NCBI GenBank assembly: GCA_964565875.1
Contig: CAZMGP010000022.1
Coordinates: 1,648 to 65,647 of the forward strand
Length of the DNA: 64,000 nt
DNA from: an uncultured Enterobacteriaceae bacterium
GTDB taxonomy: Bacteria > Pseudomonadota > Gammaproteobacteria > Burkholderiales > SG8-39
Direction of reading: 5' to 3'
The notes beneath the pieces were generated by a model. The model had not been told where the DNA came from. It searched no databases and saw only the letters and a list, made by a program, of their open reading frames with translations. Of the stretch, positions 9,114 through 17,009 are shown piece after piece. Position 1 is the stretch's first letter, and the number at the start of each line of letters is the position of its first letter. The position numbers were made by a program, and so were the translations under genes.

Positions 9114-10520
9114 CTACAGTCCGAGCGCTCGCTTCATGAAGCCGAACACCTTGGTGTTGTCGATGACGCCGCGGATCTTGTCCGCACCGGCGCCGTCGGC
9201 TAGCAACATGATGTCGCCGCTGCCGTGGGTTTCGCCGCCGGCGCTCATCCTGACTCCGGCTTCCTGGTGATAGGTGGTGCCGGAGGTGATGTCATCGGTG
9301 AGGGCGGCGACCGAGCTGCGGGCGCCGGCTGTGCGATTCTCGCCGTTGCCGAAGCCGAGGATGGAGTAGGGCATGCCCTCGGCGTCGACCTCGTTCGCGC
9401 CGGTTACCACGTTCTTCACCAGGCCGAGCACGCCGGGGTTGGTCGCGGTGGTGGGGCCGGTGCGCTTGGCGTAGCCGTTCATCACCATGGTGTGGTCGTG
9501 ATCGGCGGTGACCACGATGAGGGTATTGCGCAGCTCCGGGTCGACCGCACGCATCTTGTCGAGCGCCGTCTTGATGGCGTCGTCGAAGGCGATCGTCTCC
9601 TTGAGCGCGCGGATGGCGGTGGTTTCGTGCAGGGCGTGATCGATGCGTCCGCCCTCGACCATGAGGAAGAAGCCGCGCTTGTTCTTGGAGAGGATGTCGA
9701 TCGCCTTGCCCGTCATTTCCGCCAGGCTCGGCTCCTTGGTCGAATCGCGCTCCTGCTCGTAGGTCATGTGGCTCTTGGTGAACAGCCCCACGAGCTTGCT
9801 CGCCGAGGCGGGCACGGCGTCGAAGCCGGTTTTGTTCGAGACATAGGTATAAGCCTTGGCCTTCAGCTCCGCCGTCAGGTCGCGCCCGTCGGGACGCTTG
9901 CCGCCGGCCGTGGTGGGCAGGAAGTTGTTGGTGCCGCCGCCCAGGACCACGTCCACGCCGTCGCCGAGCTTGGCGTTGAAGCCGGCACCGCCCGGGGTGA
10001 GCTGTGCCGCGATGTCGTTTTCCAGGTCGCGGTTGCAGATGTGCGCGTAGGTGGCCGCGGGGGTGGCGTGCGTCACGCGCGTGGTGGTGACCACGCCGGT
10101 CCCCTGGCCGGCCGCCTTGGCGAGCTCGAGGATGGTCGCTACCGGCTTGCCGTTGGCCGTGCCGCACTGATTGGCGTTGAGCGCGTCGACGTTGGGCACG
10201 CTCACCAGCAGCGTGTCCTGGCTCATCGAGACGACGTCGTTATTCATCTTCACACCGGTCATGTACGCCGACATCGACGGCGCACTGTCGGTCGTCTGCG
10301 CATTGTTGGAAAACGTGCGCACGAAACCGGCGTAGGGCAGCCCGTCCATGGTCAGGTTGCCGTCCTCGCCGTACTTGAAAATGCGCGCGGCCGTCGACAC
10401 GGGAATGCCCATGCCGTCGCCGAGGAAGAAGATGACGTTTTTGGCTTCGCCGTCGGCGTGCGCGGCGCCGCTCGCCAGGCCCATGCCCGCAAGCAGCGCG
10501 GCAATAATCTGTTTGTTCAT
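9114..10520 (-). CDS. phoA: Alkaline phosphatase (PhoA-type), Sec-exported
   Basis: Start at MNKQIIAALLAGMGLASGAAHA (ATG 10518-10520, GGAG RBS). Motifs: FFLGDGMG, nucleophile motif TDSAPSMSA, GGRIDHALHE, TADHDHTM, GETHGS. Confidence 0.92.
   Translation of the reverse strand: MNKQIIAALLAGMGLASGAAHADGEAKNVIFFLGDGMGIPVSTAARIFKYGEDGNLTMDGLPYAGFVRTFSNNAQTTDSAPSMSAYMTGVKMNNDVVSMSQDTLLVSVPNVDALNANQCGTANGKPVATILELAKAAGQGTGVVTTTRVTHATPAATYAHICNRDLENDIAAQLTPGGAGFNAKLGDGVDVVLGGGTNNFLPTTAGGKRPDGRDLTAELKAKAYTYVSNKTGFDAVPASASKLVGLFTKSHMTYEQERDSTKEPSLAEMTGKAIDILSKNKRGFFLMVEGGRIDHALHETTAIRALKETIAFDDAIKTALDKMRAVDPELRNTLIVVTADHDHTMVMNGYAKRTGPTTATNPGVLGLVKNVVTGANEVDAEGMPYSILGFGNGENRTAGARSSVAALTDDITSGTTYHQEAGVRMSAGGETHGSGDIMLLADGAGADKIRGVIDNTKVFGFMKRALGL
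9219..10439. repeat. Copy 1 of a 1,221-bp perfect direct repeat (phosphatase catalytic core)
   Basis: I compared this base by base with 10649..11869 (offset 1430) and found no mismatch. Identity breaks at 9218 and 10440. Confidence 0.95.
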
Positions 10521-10543
10521 TGTTCTCGCTCCAATCGTTGAAA

Positions 10544-12445
10544 TCACAGGCCCGCGGCGGTGCGTAGCTTGCCGAATATCTGGCTGTTCTCCATGAAGCC
10601 AGAGAACATCGTCGCTCCTGAACCGACGGCGCCGACCCAGACATCGGTGCTGCCGTGGGTTTCGCCGCCGGCGCTCATCCTGACTCCGGCTTCCTGGTGA
10701 TAGGTGGTGCCGGAGGTGATGTCATCGGTGAGGGCGGCGACCGAGCTGCGGGCGCCGGCTGTGCGATTCTCGCCGTTGCCGAAGCCGAGGATGGAGTAGG
10801 GCATGCCCTCGGCGTCGACCTCGTTCGCGCCGGTTACCACGTTCTTCACCAGGCCGAGCACGCCGGGGTTGGTCGCGGTGGTGGGGCCGGTGCGCTTGGC
10901 GTAGCCGTTCATCACCATGGTGTGGTCGTGATCGGCGGTGACCACGATGAGGGTATTGCGCAGCTCCGGGTCGACCGCACGCATCTTGTCGAGCGCCGTC
11001 TTGATGGCGTCGTCGAAGGCGATCGTCTCCTTGAGCGCGCGGATGGCGGTGGTTTCGTGCAGGGCGTGATCGATGCGTCCGCCCTCGACCATGAGGAAGA
11101 AGCCGCGCTTGTTCTTGGAGAGGATGTCGATCGCCTTGCCCGTCATTTCCGCCAGGCTCGGCTCCTTGGTCGAATCGCGCTCCTGCTCGTAGGTCATGTG
11201 GCTCTTGGTGAACAGCCCCACGAGCTTGCTCGCCGAGGCGGGCACGGCGTCGAAGCCGGTTTTGTTCGAGACATAGGTATAAGCCTTGGCCTTCAGCTCC
11301 GCCGTCAGGTCGCGCCCGTCGGGACGCTTGCCGCCGGCCGTGGTGGGCAGGAAGTTGTTGGTGCCGCCGCCCAGGACCACGTCCACGCCGTCGCCGAGCT
11401 TGGCGTTGAAGCCGGCACCGCCCGGGGTGAGCTGTGCCGCGATGTCGTTTTCCAGGTCGCGGTTGCAGATGTGCGCGTAGGTGGCCGCGGGGGTGGCGTG
11501 CGTCACGCGCGTGGTGGTGACCACGCCGGTCCCCTGGCCGGCCGCCTTGGCGAGCTCGAGGATGGTCGCTACCGGCTTGCCGTTGGCCGTGCCGCACTGA
11601 TTGGCGTTGAGCGCGTCGACGTTGGGCACGCTCACCAGCAGCGTGTCCTGGCTCATCGAGACGACGTCGTTATTCATCTTCACACCGGTCATGTACGCCG
11701 ACATCGACGGCGCACTGTCGGTCGTCTGCGCATTGTTGGAAAACGTGCGCACGAAACCGGCGTAGGGCAGCCCGTCCATGGTCAGGTTGCCGTCCTCGCC
11801 GTACTTGAAAATGCGCGCGGCCGTCGACACGGGAATGCCCATGCCGTCGCCGAGGAAGAAGATGACGTTCTTCGCCGACTTCACCATGCCGTGCGATTCC
11901 AGGGTGTTGAAGTAGTGGTCCTTGGCGTCGTCGCCCGAGACCAGCACCGTCTTCCCGCTCTTCGTCACCAGCGTCTGCAGATCGGTGTCGCTGGCACTGG
12001 CGAAGTCGACCTTGGCGCCCTTGAGCGAGTCGCGCACGCTCTTCGAGATCTTGATGCCGCGGGTGATGTCGCCGGCGGATGCATCGTGTACCGACTGCAG
12101 GAAGCGCAGGATCTTCACCGCCTTCGCCGAGGGTGCGTTGATGTCCGTGTCGCCCGCGAGGTGCGCCGGGGTGACGACGTTGCCGCCGGTCGCCGTCCCC
12201 AGGACGACATCGCCGATCTCGAACGTCAGCGTCTCGCCGGCGACATAATTGAATGTGCCGCCGCTGCCGGTGAGGGACGCATCGCCGCTATTGCGCACGA
12301 CTTCCAGGCCTTCCACCGGAGCATCGAGGAACGTGCCGGTGAGCACGTTGCTGCCGAGGCTGGCCCCGCCGCCGCTGCAGCCTGCGACCAGGGCAAGAGA
12401 TGAGCTAAGGGCGATCGCGCGCCACCAGGACTTCTGTTTATGCAT
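10544..12445 (-). CDS. phoA: Alkaline phosphatase (PhoA-type) lipoprotein with a ~190-aa N-terminal extension
   Basis: Start at MHKQKSWW (ATG 12443-12445, GGAGA RBS 7 nt upstream). A lipobox LALVAGC is present. Residues ~25-190 have no recognised domain. The catalytic core is then identical to 9114..10520, and the last ~40 aa diverge. Confidence 0.9.
   Translation of the reverse strand: MHKQKSWWRAIALSSSLALVAGCSGGGASLGSNVLTGTFLDAPVEGLEVVRNSGDASLTGSGGTFNYVAGETLTFEIGDVVLGTATGGNVVTPAHLAGDTDINAPSAKAVKILRFLQSVHDASAGDITRGIKISKSVRDSLKGAKVDFASASDTDLQTLVTKSGKTVLVSGDDAKDHYFNTLESHGMVKSAKNVIFFLGDGMGIPVSTAARIFKYGEDGNLTMDGLPYAGFVRTFSNNAQTTDSAPSMSAYMTGVKMNNDVVSMSQDTLLVSVPNVDALNANQCGTANGKPVATILELAKAAGQGTGVVTTTRVTHATPAATYAHICNRDLENDIAAQLTPGGAGFNAKLGDGVDVVLGGGTNNFLPTTAGGKRPDGRDLTAELKAKAYTYVSNKTGFDAVPASASKLVGLFTKSHMTYEQERDSTKEPSLAEMTGKAIDILSKNKRGFFLMVEGGRIDHALHETTAIRALKETIAFDDAIKTALDKMRAVDPELRNTLIVVTADHDHTMVMNGYAKRTGPTTATNPGVLGLVKNVVTGANEVDAEGMPYSILGFGNGENRTAGARSSVAALTDDITSGTTYHQEAGVRMSAGGETHGSTDVWVGAVGSGATMFSGFMENSQIFGKLRTAAGL
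10649..11869. repeat. Copy 2 of the 1,221-bp perfect direct repeat
   Basis: Identical to 9219..10439. The two copies are separated by 209 bp. Confidence 0.95.
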
Positions 12446-12480
12446 TATTGGGTCTCCCATGAACGGAACTGCGAGCGCGT

Positions 12481-12514
12481 ATTGAAACGCGGCGATTTTG
12501 CAGTTTCGTGACAG
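12481..12514 (-). promoter_or_regulatory. Pho box plus -10 element upstream of the phosphatase operon
   Basis: The minus strand reads CTGTCAC-GAAA-CTGCAAA (12497-12514). These are two 7-bp direct repeats at 11-bp spacing that resemble the CTGTCAT-N4-CTGTCAT PhoB consensus. TTCAAT follows 10 nt downstream (12481-12486). The site ends 52 nt before the ATG at 12445. Confidence 0.6.
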
Positions 12515-12713
12515 CGCTGTGCAACATCACGGGGCGCCATTCTCGGGCTTGACGCGGCGATCGCGGCGGCACATGCAGAAGCATAGGGGCGGCATGGCCG
12601 AACACGGGACGAAACAGCGTATCGCGTTCCGAATCCGGTCCGTGCAAAAGCGCTTCTGGCCGTGTCCGAGCGGATGCTCGGGCGCAGGCGTGTCCCGGAC
12701 TAGCTAATGTGCC

Positions 12714-13541
12714 TCACGTTTCGCGCGCAGGCTGCCAAGTCGAGTCGGCTGCGAGTTGCGGCCAGCCGATGGGCGCAACGGCGTCGCCTTTTGCGTCGCC
12801 CGTCCAGCGCGTCGCGGTGATGCGCTGGCCGCTGAATCCGTCCGCCGCGCGAGAGGCGAGCCAGGCGACCGGCGCCGCCATGATATCGGGCGATATCAGG
12901 TCCTTCCTTGAGCTTGGCCGGCTGCCGGTCGTCATGGGCGTGGCGATCGGCCCGCCCGGATTGACGACATTCACCGTGATACCCGAATCCGCGAGTTCCT
13001 TGGCGAGGATGGCGGACGCCGACTCGAACGCGGCTTTCGACATTCCGTAGGGCAGGAAGCCCGGCCGGTGCATGGCGTTGAAACTCGTGCCGATGTTGAC
13101 GATGCGGCCCCAGCCTTGATTGAACAGCGGCAGCAGCAGCAGCGTCAGCGCAATCGGCGCGTGGGCGTTCACCATGAGGAAACGCTGCAGCGTTTCCTCG
13201 CTCAAGTCGGCCGGGCGGACCGGCCGCTCATGGTAATCGGCGCGAATCGAACTCATGCCGGTGGCGGCGTTGTTGACCAGGCAGGTGAGATAGCCGAAGC
13301 GCGTGCGGATCGCCTCCGCGACCGCACTTCGTCCCTGTGTGCTCGACACGTCGGCGGCGAGCGCGACGAATTCCCTCCCGGGCACGGCATAGCGGCCGAA
13401 GTGCTGCAGCGGTTCGAGATTGCGGCTCACGGCGAGGACATGGTTGCCGCTTGCGAGCAGCGAGCGCGCGAGCACTTGCCCGATGCCGCCGGAAACGCCG
13501 GTGACCACTGCGACCGGCGCTTCCGCCTGCTTCGTAGGCAC
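12714..13541 (-). CDS. Short-chain dehydrogenase/reductase (SDR) family oxidoreductase
   Basis: 275 aa. The N-terminal VAVVTGVSGGIGQ fits the TGxxxGxG cofactor motif. NNAA and YGMSKAA (YxxxK) motifs are present. Confidence 0.9.
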   Translation of the reverse strand: MPTKQAEAPVAVVTGVSGGIGQVLARSLLASGNHVLAVSRNLEPLQHFGRYAVPGREFVALAADVSSTQGRSAVAEAIRTRFGYLTCLVNNAATGMSSIRADYHERPVRPADLSEETLQRFLMVNAHAPIALTLLLLPLFNQGWGRIVNIGTSFNAMHRPGFLPYGMSKAAFESASAILAKELADSGITVNVVNPGGPIATPMTTGSRPSSRKDLISPDIMAAPVAWLASRAADGFSGQRITATRWTGDAKGDAVAPIGWPQLAADSTWQPARET

Positions 13542-13550
13542 TTATCCTTC

Positions 13551-14516
13551 CTATTGCAGCTTGATGCCGGTTTCGCGGATGAACTTGCCCCAGCGCGCGT
13601 ATTCGGTGCGGTGGAAGGCGGCGAAATCCTCGACCGAGCCGCCCATCACTTCGGCGCCGATGCTGGAGAAGCGCGACTTGATGTCCGGCTGATTGAGGAC
13701 GGCGTTGATTTCCTGATTGAGCTTTTGCACGATGTCGGCGGGAGTTCCCGCCGGCGCCCAGATGGCGAACCAGGGAACGAGATTGAAGCCGGGGTAGCCG
13801 CTCTCGGCGATGGTGGGCACCTCAGGCAGCGCCGGCGAACGATGGTCGCTGCTGATGCCGATCGGCCGGATCTGGCCCGCCTTGATGTGCGGGATCGAAG
13901 TGCCGATGGTGTCGAAGATCATCGTCACCTGGCCGCCCAGCAGCGCCACCAGCGCCGGACCACCGCCGTTGTACATGACGTCGGTGATATCGACCTTGGC
14001 CATCTGCTTGAACAATTCGATGCAAAGCTGCGGCGAGGCGCCGACGCCGGTGCTTGCATGGGTCAGCACGCCGGGTTTTTCCCGCGCTCGCGCCACTAGG
14101 TCCTGCACGCTGGTGATGGGCGAGGAAGCGAGCACCGACAGCACGCTCGGCACCGCGGCCACCGGGATCACCTGGGTGAAGTCCTTGAGCGAGTTGTAGG
14201 AGAGCTTCATCAACGCATCGTTGACTGCATGGGTGCCGAAGGTGCCCAGGATTAGCGTATAGCCGTCGGGCGCGGCCTTCGCCGTGTAGGCGGCGCCGAT
14301 GGTGCCGCCCGCGCCCGGCTTATTGACGATGACAACCGGTTGCCCCAGTCGCTCGGCGAGCTTCTGGCCGATGGGACGCGCGAACACGTCGGTCATGCCG
14401 GCGGGCGGATAGGGAACGATGAGCTGGATCGGCTTGTCCGGATAGGCGGCCGCGGCGACGCGCATCGCCGTGAACGAGACGATCAGTACTGCGACGATAC
14501 TATGCCATGCTCGCAT
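13551..14516 (-). CDS. Bug/TctC-family tripartite tricarboxylate transporter substrate-binding protein
   Basis: 321 aa with a signal peptide. The signature is YPDKPIQLIVPYPPAGMTDVFARPIGQKL...VVIVNKPGAGGTIG. Confidence 0.92.
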   Translation of the reverse strand: MRAWHSIVAVLIVSFTAMRVAAAAYPDKPIQLIVPYPPAGMTDVFARPIGQKLAERLGQPVVIVNKPGAGGTIGAAYTAKAAPDGYTLILGTFGTHAVNDALMKLSYNSLKDFTQVIPVAAVPSVLSVLASSPITSVQDLVARAREKPGVLTHASTGVGASPQLCIELFKQMAKVDITDVMYNGGGPALVALLGGQVTMIFDTIGTSIPHIKAGQIRPIGISSDHRSPALPEVPTIAESGYPGFNLVPWFAIWAPAGTPADIVQKLNQEINAVLNQPDIKSRFSSIGAEVMGGSVEDFAAFHRTEYARWGKFIRETGIKLQ

Positions 14517-14543
14517 GATCCTCCTCCTTGGTTGGCCGCCCGC

Positions 14544-16079
14544 CTAGGCGGGATAGAAAATGTTGAGCCCGTCCTGGTGGCGCACGACACCGGCCCGTCC
14601 CAAGCTGTCGCGCTCCTGCAAGTCTTTCAGCACTGCGGCGTCGGTAGGCGTGTTGGCGATGAAGCGCTCGCCCGTCGCGGCGAGCCTGCCGAGCAGCACG
14701 CTGTACGCCGGGCCGCGCTTGTCGTGCATGATGGTATAGGTTTCGATCGTCGCCGCTCCGTCCGGCTGCTCGGTGAATGGTGCTTTCGGCAGCGCATCCA
14801 GCTCGGCCTGCAGCACGGCCGGATTCTCGCGCTGCCAGCGTCCGCGATGGGGCGTGGTCGAATACACGCCGTAGGAGTGCTTGGTCACCCAGTTGCCGTT
14901 CGCGGTGACCAGGCCGAACTTGCCCGGCCGCGCGCGCAGCCGGCGCATCACTTCGCAGATCGAGAGGACCACGTAGCTGTTGCCCGGTCCGCCGAAATAG
15001 ATCAAGCCGCCGGTGGTGGTGAGGCCGCGCGGATCGTCCTCCGCGATGCCCAGCTCTTCGCAGGCGATTTCGACGGCGGAGGGGAAGCAGCTGTAGATGT
15101 CGAACACGTCGATGTCGGCGATGCTCTTGCCCGCCATGGCGAGCGCCTGGCGCGAGGCGGCGCGCATCGCCGGCGAAGAGTAGAGATCGAAGCGCTCGGT
15201 GGTGTACCAGTGATCGTGCCCGTCGGCGCAGCCGTGCAGGTAGATCCATTTCGCCGGATCGATGCCGAGCTTTTGCGCCTCGCCGACCGAGGTGACGATG
15301 AAGGCGGCCGCCTGGTCGATGAAGGCGTTCGACACCATGAGCCGGGGATAGGGAAAGCCGATCCAGCGGTTGTCCGCGTCCACCGTCGCCAGGCGCTCGG
15401 CGCCGTAGCCTTCGCGCCGGGTAGCGAGCGGGTTGTCGGCTGCGACGCGCGCGAACTGCGCCATCAGTTTGCCCATGGACTTTAAGTGCTCGGTCACGCT
15501 GCGCCCGCGTCGGCCGCGGATCGCATTCTCGAACAGCGGATACTGGGTGATCGCTGCGCGCAGATTGTGCCGGTCCTCCAACTCGTTCCAGCCGCGGCGC
15601 GGATCGCCGATCTGCTCGGGCGTGCCCCCCGGATCCTCCTGCCAGGAGACGGGAAGTCCCGCACGCTCGACGCCGTGCTGGGTGCGCAGCGCCTCGCCGC
15701 CCACGATCATGGCGGCGCGCATGTCGCCGTTGGCGATGGCCTCGGCGAATTGGTTGACGAGGTACTGCGGCATGTTGCCGCCGTTCCAGGTATAGATGTA
15801 GCGCGTCGCCGCCAGGCCCAGCCGCTGCGCGACGCTCTTCGGCGGATTGGTCGAGCCGCCGAGCCGGGTCTCGAAGCGGTGCGAGGTGTCCTTGTAGGAG
15901 CGCAGCATGGCGATGGTATCGATTGCGCCCGCCATGCCGCTCGCGCCCGCGTCGGCGAGCGCGAGCCTTCCCGCCTGGGCGATGATGTCGTAGGGCGAGC
16001 GGCCGCGTTCGATCGGGGTGTCGAGATCGGTCACGTCGCCGCAGCCGACGAGGATGGGGGTGTGCGCTTCGGCGGTCAT
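14544..16079 (-). CDS. Thiolase-like protein (acetyl-CoA acetyltransferase / lipid-transfer-protein family, long 511-aa form)
   Basis: 511 aa. Thiolase-fold segments are present (GGNMPQYLVNQFAEAI, DIYSCFPSAVEIACEELG, GGLIYFGGPGNSY), followed by a C-terminal extension. A GGAGAG RBS is present. Confidence 0.75.
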   Translation of the reverse strand: MTAEAHTPILVGCGDVTDLDTPIERGRSPYDIIAQAGRLALADAGASGMAGAIDTIAMLRSYKDTSHRFETRLGGSTNPPKSVAQRLGLAATRYIYTWNGGNMPQYLVNQFAEAIANGDMRAAMIVGGEALRTQHGVERAGLPVSWQEDPGGTPEQIGDPRRGWNELEDRHNLRAAITQYPLFENAIRGRRGRSVTEHLKSMGKLMAQFARVAADNPLATRREGYGAERLATVDADNRWIGFPYPRLMVSNAFIDQAAAFIVTSVGEAQKLGIDPAKWIYLHGCADGHDHWYTTERFDLYSSPAMRAASRQALAMAGKSIADIDVFDIYSCFPSAVEIACEELGIAEDDPRGLTTTGGLIYFGGPGNSYVVLSICEVMRRLRARPGKFGLVTANGNWVTKHSYGVYSTTPHRGRWQRENPAVLQAELDALPKAPFTEQPDGAATIETYTIMHDKRGPAYSVLLGRLAATGERFIANTPTDAAVLKDLQERDSLGRAGVVRHQDGLNIFYPA

Positions 16080-16203
16080 GGAATCTCTCCTAAATGCACG
16101 ACGCGGATGGGGAAGCGGCCACCGTCCCCTCGTATTTCATATAGTCGAAATCTGTCTCACAGTTACAAAATTGGCCCATGGACGGCCGAGTTCGGCTGCG
16201 CGA

Positions 16204-16806
16204 CTACAGATGCGGCTGTGTCGCCTGCATGGAACTGCGCGCGGCGAACGACGCATGCCAGCGATCGAGCGCGTCGCGCCCTTTGCGCCAACCGAGCTGC
16301 GGCAGGCGGAAGTCGAGATATCCCAGGGCGCAGCCGAGGGTGACGGCGGCGAGGTTCGGGCTTTGGGGAAGCGCCACGGATTCGAGGCGATCCAGGGTGC
16401 GCGCGATTTTTCCATGCTGCCGCTCGACCATGCCTTGATAGACGAATTCCTTCGGCCGGCGCAGCTGCTCCACCACGCTCGCCACGGCCGCTTCCATGAT
16501 GCCGTCGGCGAAGGCGTGCAGCTGCAGCACCGGCCAGCGCTCCTTCGGCTCGGTTGGGATCAGACGCCGCCCCGGATGCAAGCTGTCGAGATATTCGCAG
16601 CACAGGTAGGAGCCGGCGAACACGCCGTCCGGCGTGACCAAGGCGGGCACCTTTCCTATGGGGTTGTCGACGAAGATCTTCGGGTCCGCCCCCCACAGCT
16701 CGTCGGTGACTAGGGTGAGCGAGTCGGCAAGCCCGGTTTCGTGCGCGAACACCATCACTTTGCGCACGAAGGGCGACGCCGGGGAATACCAGAGTTTCAT
16801 GGACAT
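16204..16806 (-). CDS. Glutathione S-transferase family protein
   Basis: Start at MSMKLWYSPASPFVRKV (ATG 16804-16806, GAGGAGG RBS). The N-terminal domain is thioredoxin-like (NPIGKVPALV) and the C-terminal domain is helical. Confidence 0.85.
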   Translation of the reverse strand: MSMKLWYSPASPFVRKVMVFAHETGLADSLTLVTDELWGADPKIFVDNPIGKVPALVTPDGVFAGSYLCCEYLDSLHPGRRLIPTEPKERWPVLQLHAFADGIMEAAVASVVEQLRRPKEFVYQGMVERQHGKIARTLDRLESVALPQSPNLAAVTLGCALGYLDFRLPQLGWRKGRDALDRWHASFAARSSMQATQPHL

Positions 16807-16893
16807 CGGCTCCACCTCCTCGTGTCGGCGCGTTCGCTTGGGTTCCCGGCCGATGGGGCAGGGTAGCACGCCTTTCGAATGTGAATATATTTT

Positions 16894-16933
16894 ACCATGT
16901 GGATTGACATCCGACCATGTGAAGATTTATAAA
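16894..16933 (+). promoter_or_regulatory. Sigma70-type promoter flanked by an 8-bp direct repeat, upstream of the TPP-enzyme gene
   Basis: TTGACA (16904-16909), an 18-nt spacer, then TATAAA (16928-16933). ACCATGTG occurs twice (16894-16901 and 16914-16921) and brackets the -35 element. The segment is AT-rich. Confidence 0.55.
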
Positions 16934-17009
16934 TGGCCACTCATTCGCCTCTCTGGCGCGGGGCTACCGTGCCGCGAGGGAGGTTCAACTTGCAAAAGGT
17001 CGGAAAGAC

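Noticed and set aside
9219-11869. The duplicated 1.2-kb block as an insertion sequence, a composite transposon or a CRISPR-like array.
   Set aside because: The block has no transposase, no terminal inverted repeats and no target duplications. It is the in-frame catalytic core of two enzymes. Two copies of 1.2 kb are not a CRISPR architecture.
9225-12403. Two long plus-strand ORFs (9225..10541 and 10655..12403) with identical N-terminal halves.
   Set aside because: They are antisense to the two phosphatase genes. Their identity is a by-product of the 1,221-bp repeat, and they have low-complexity composition.
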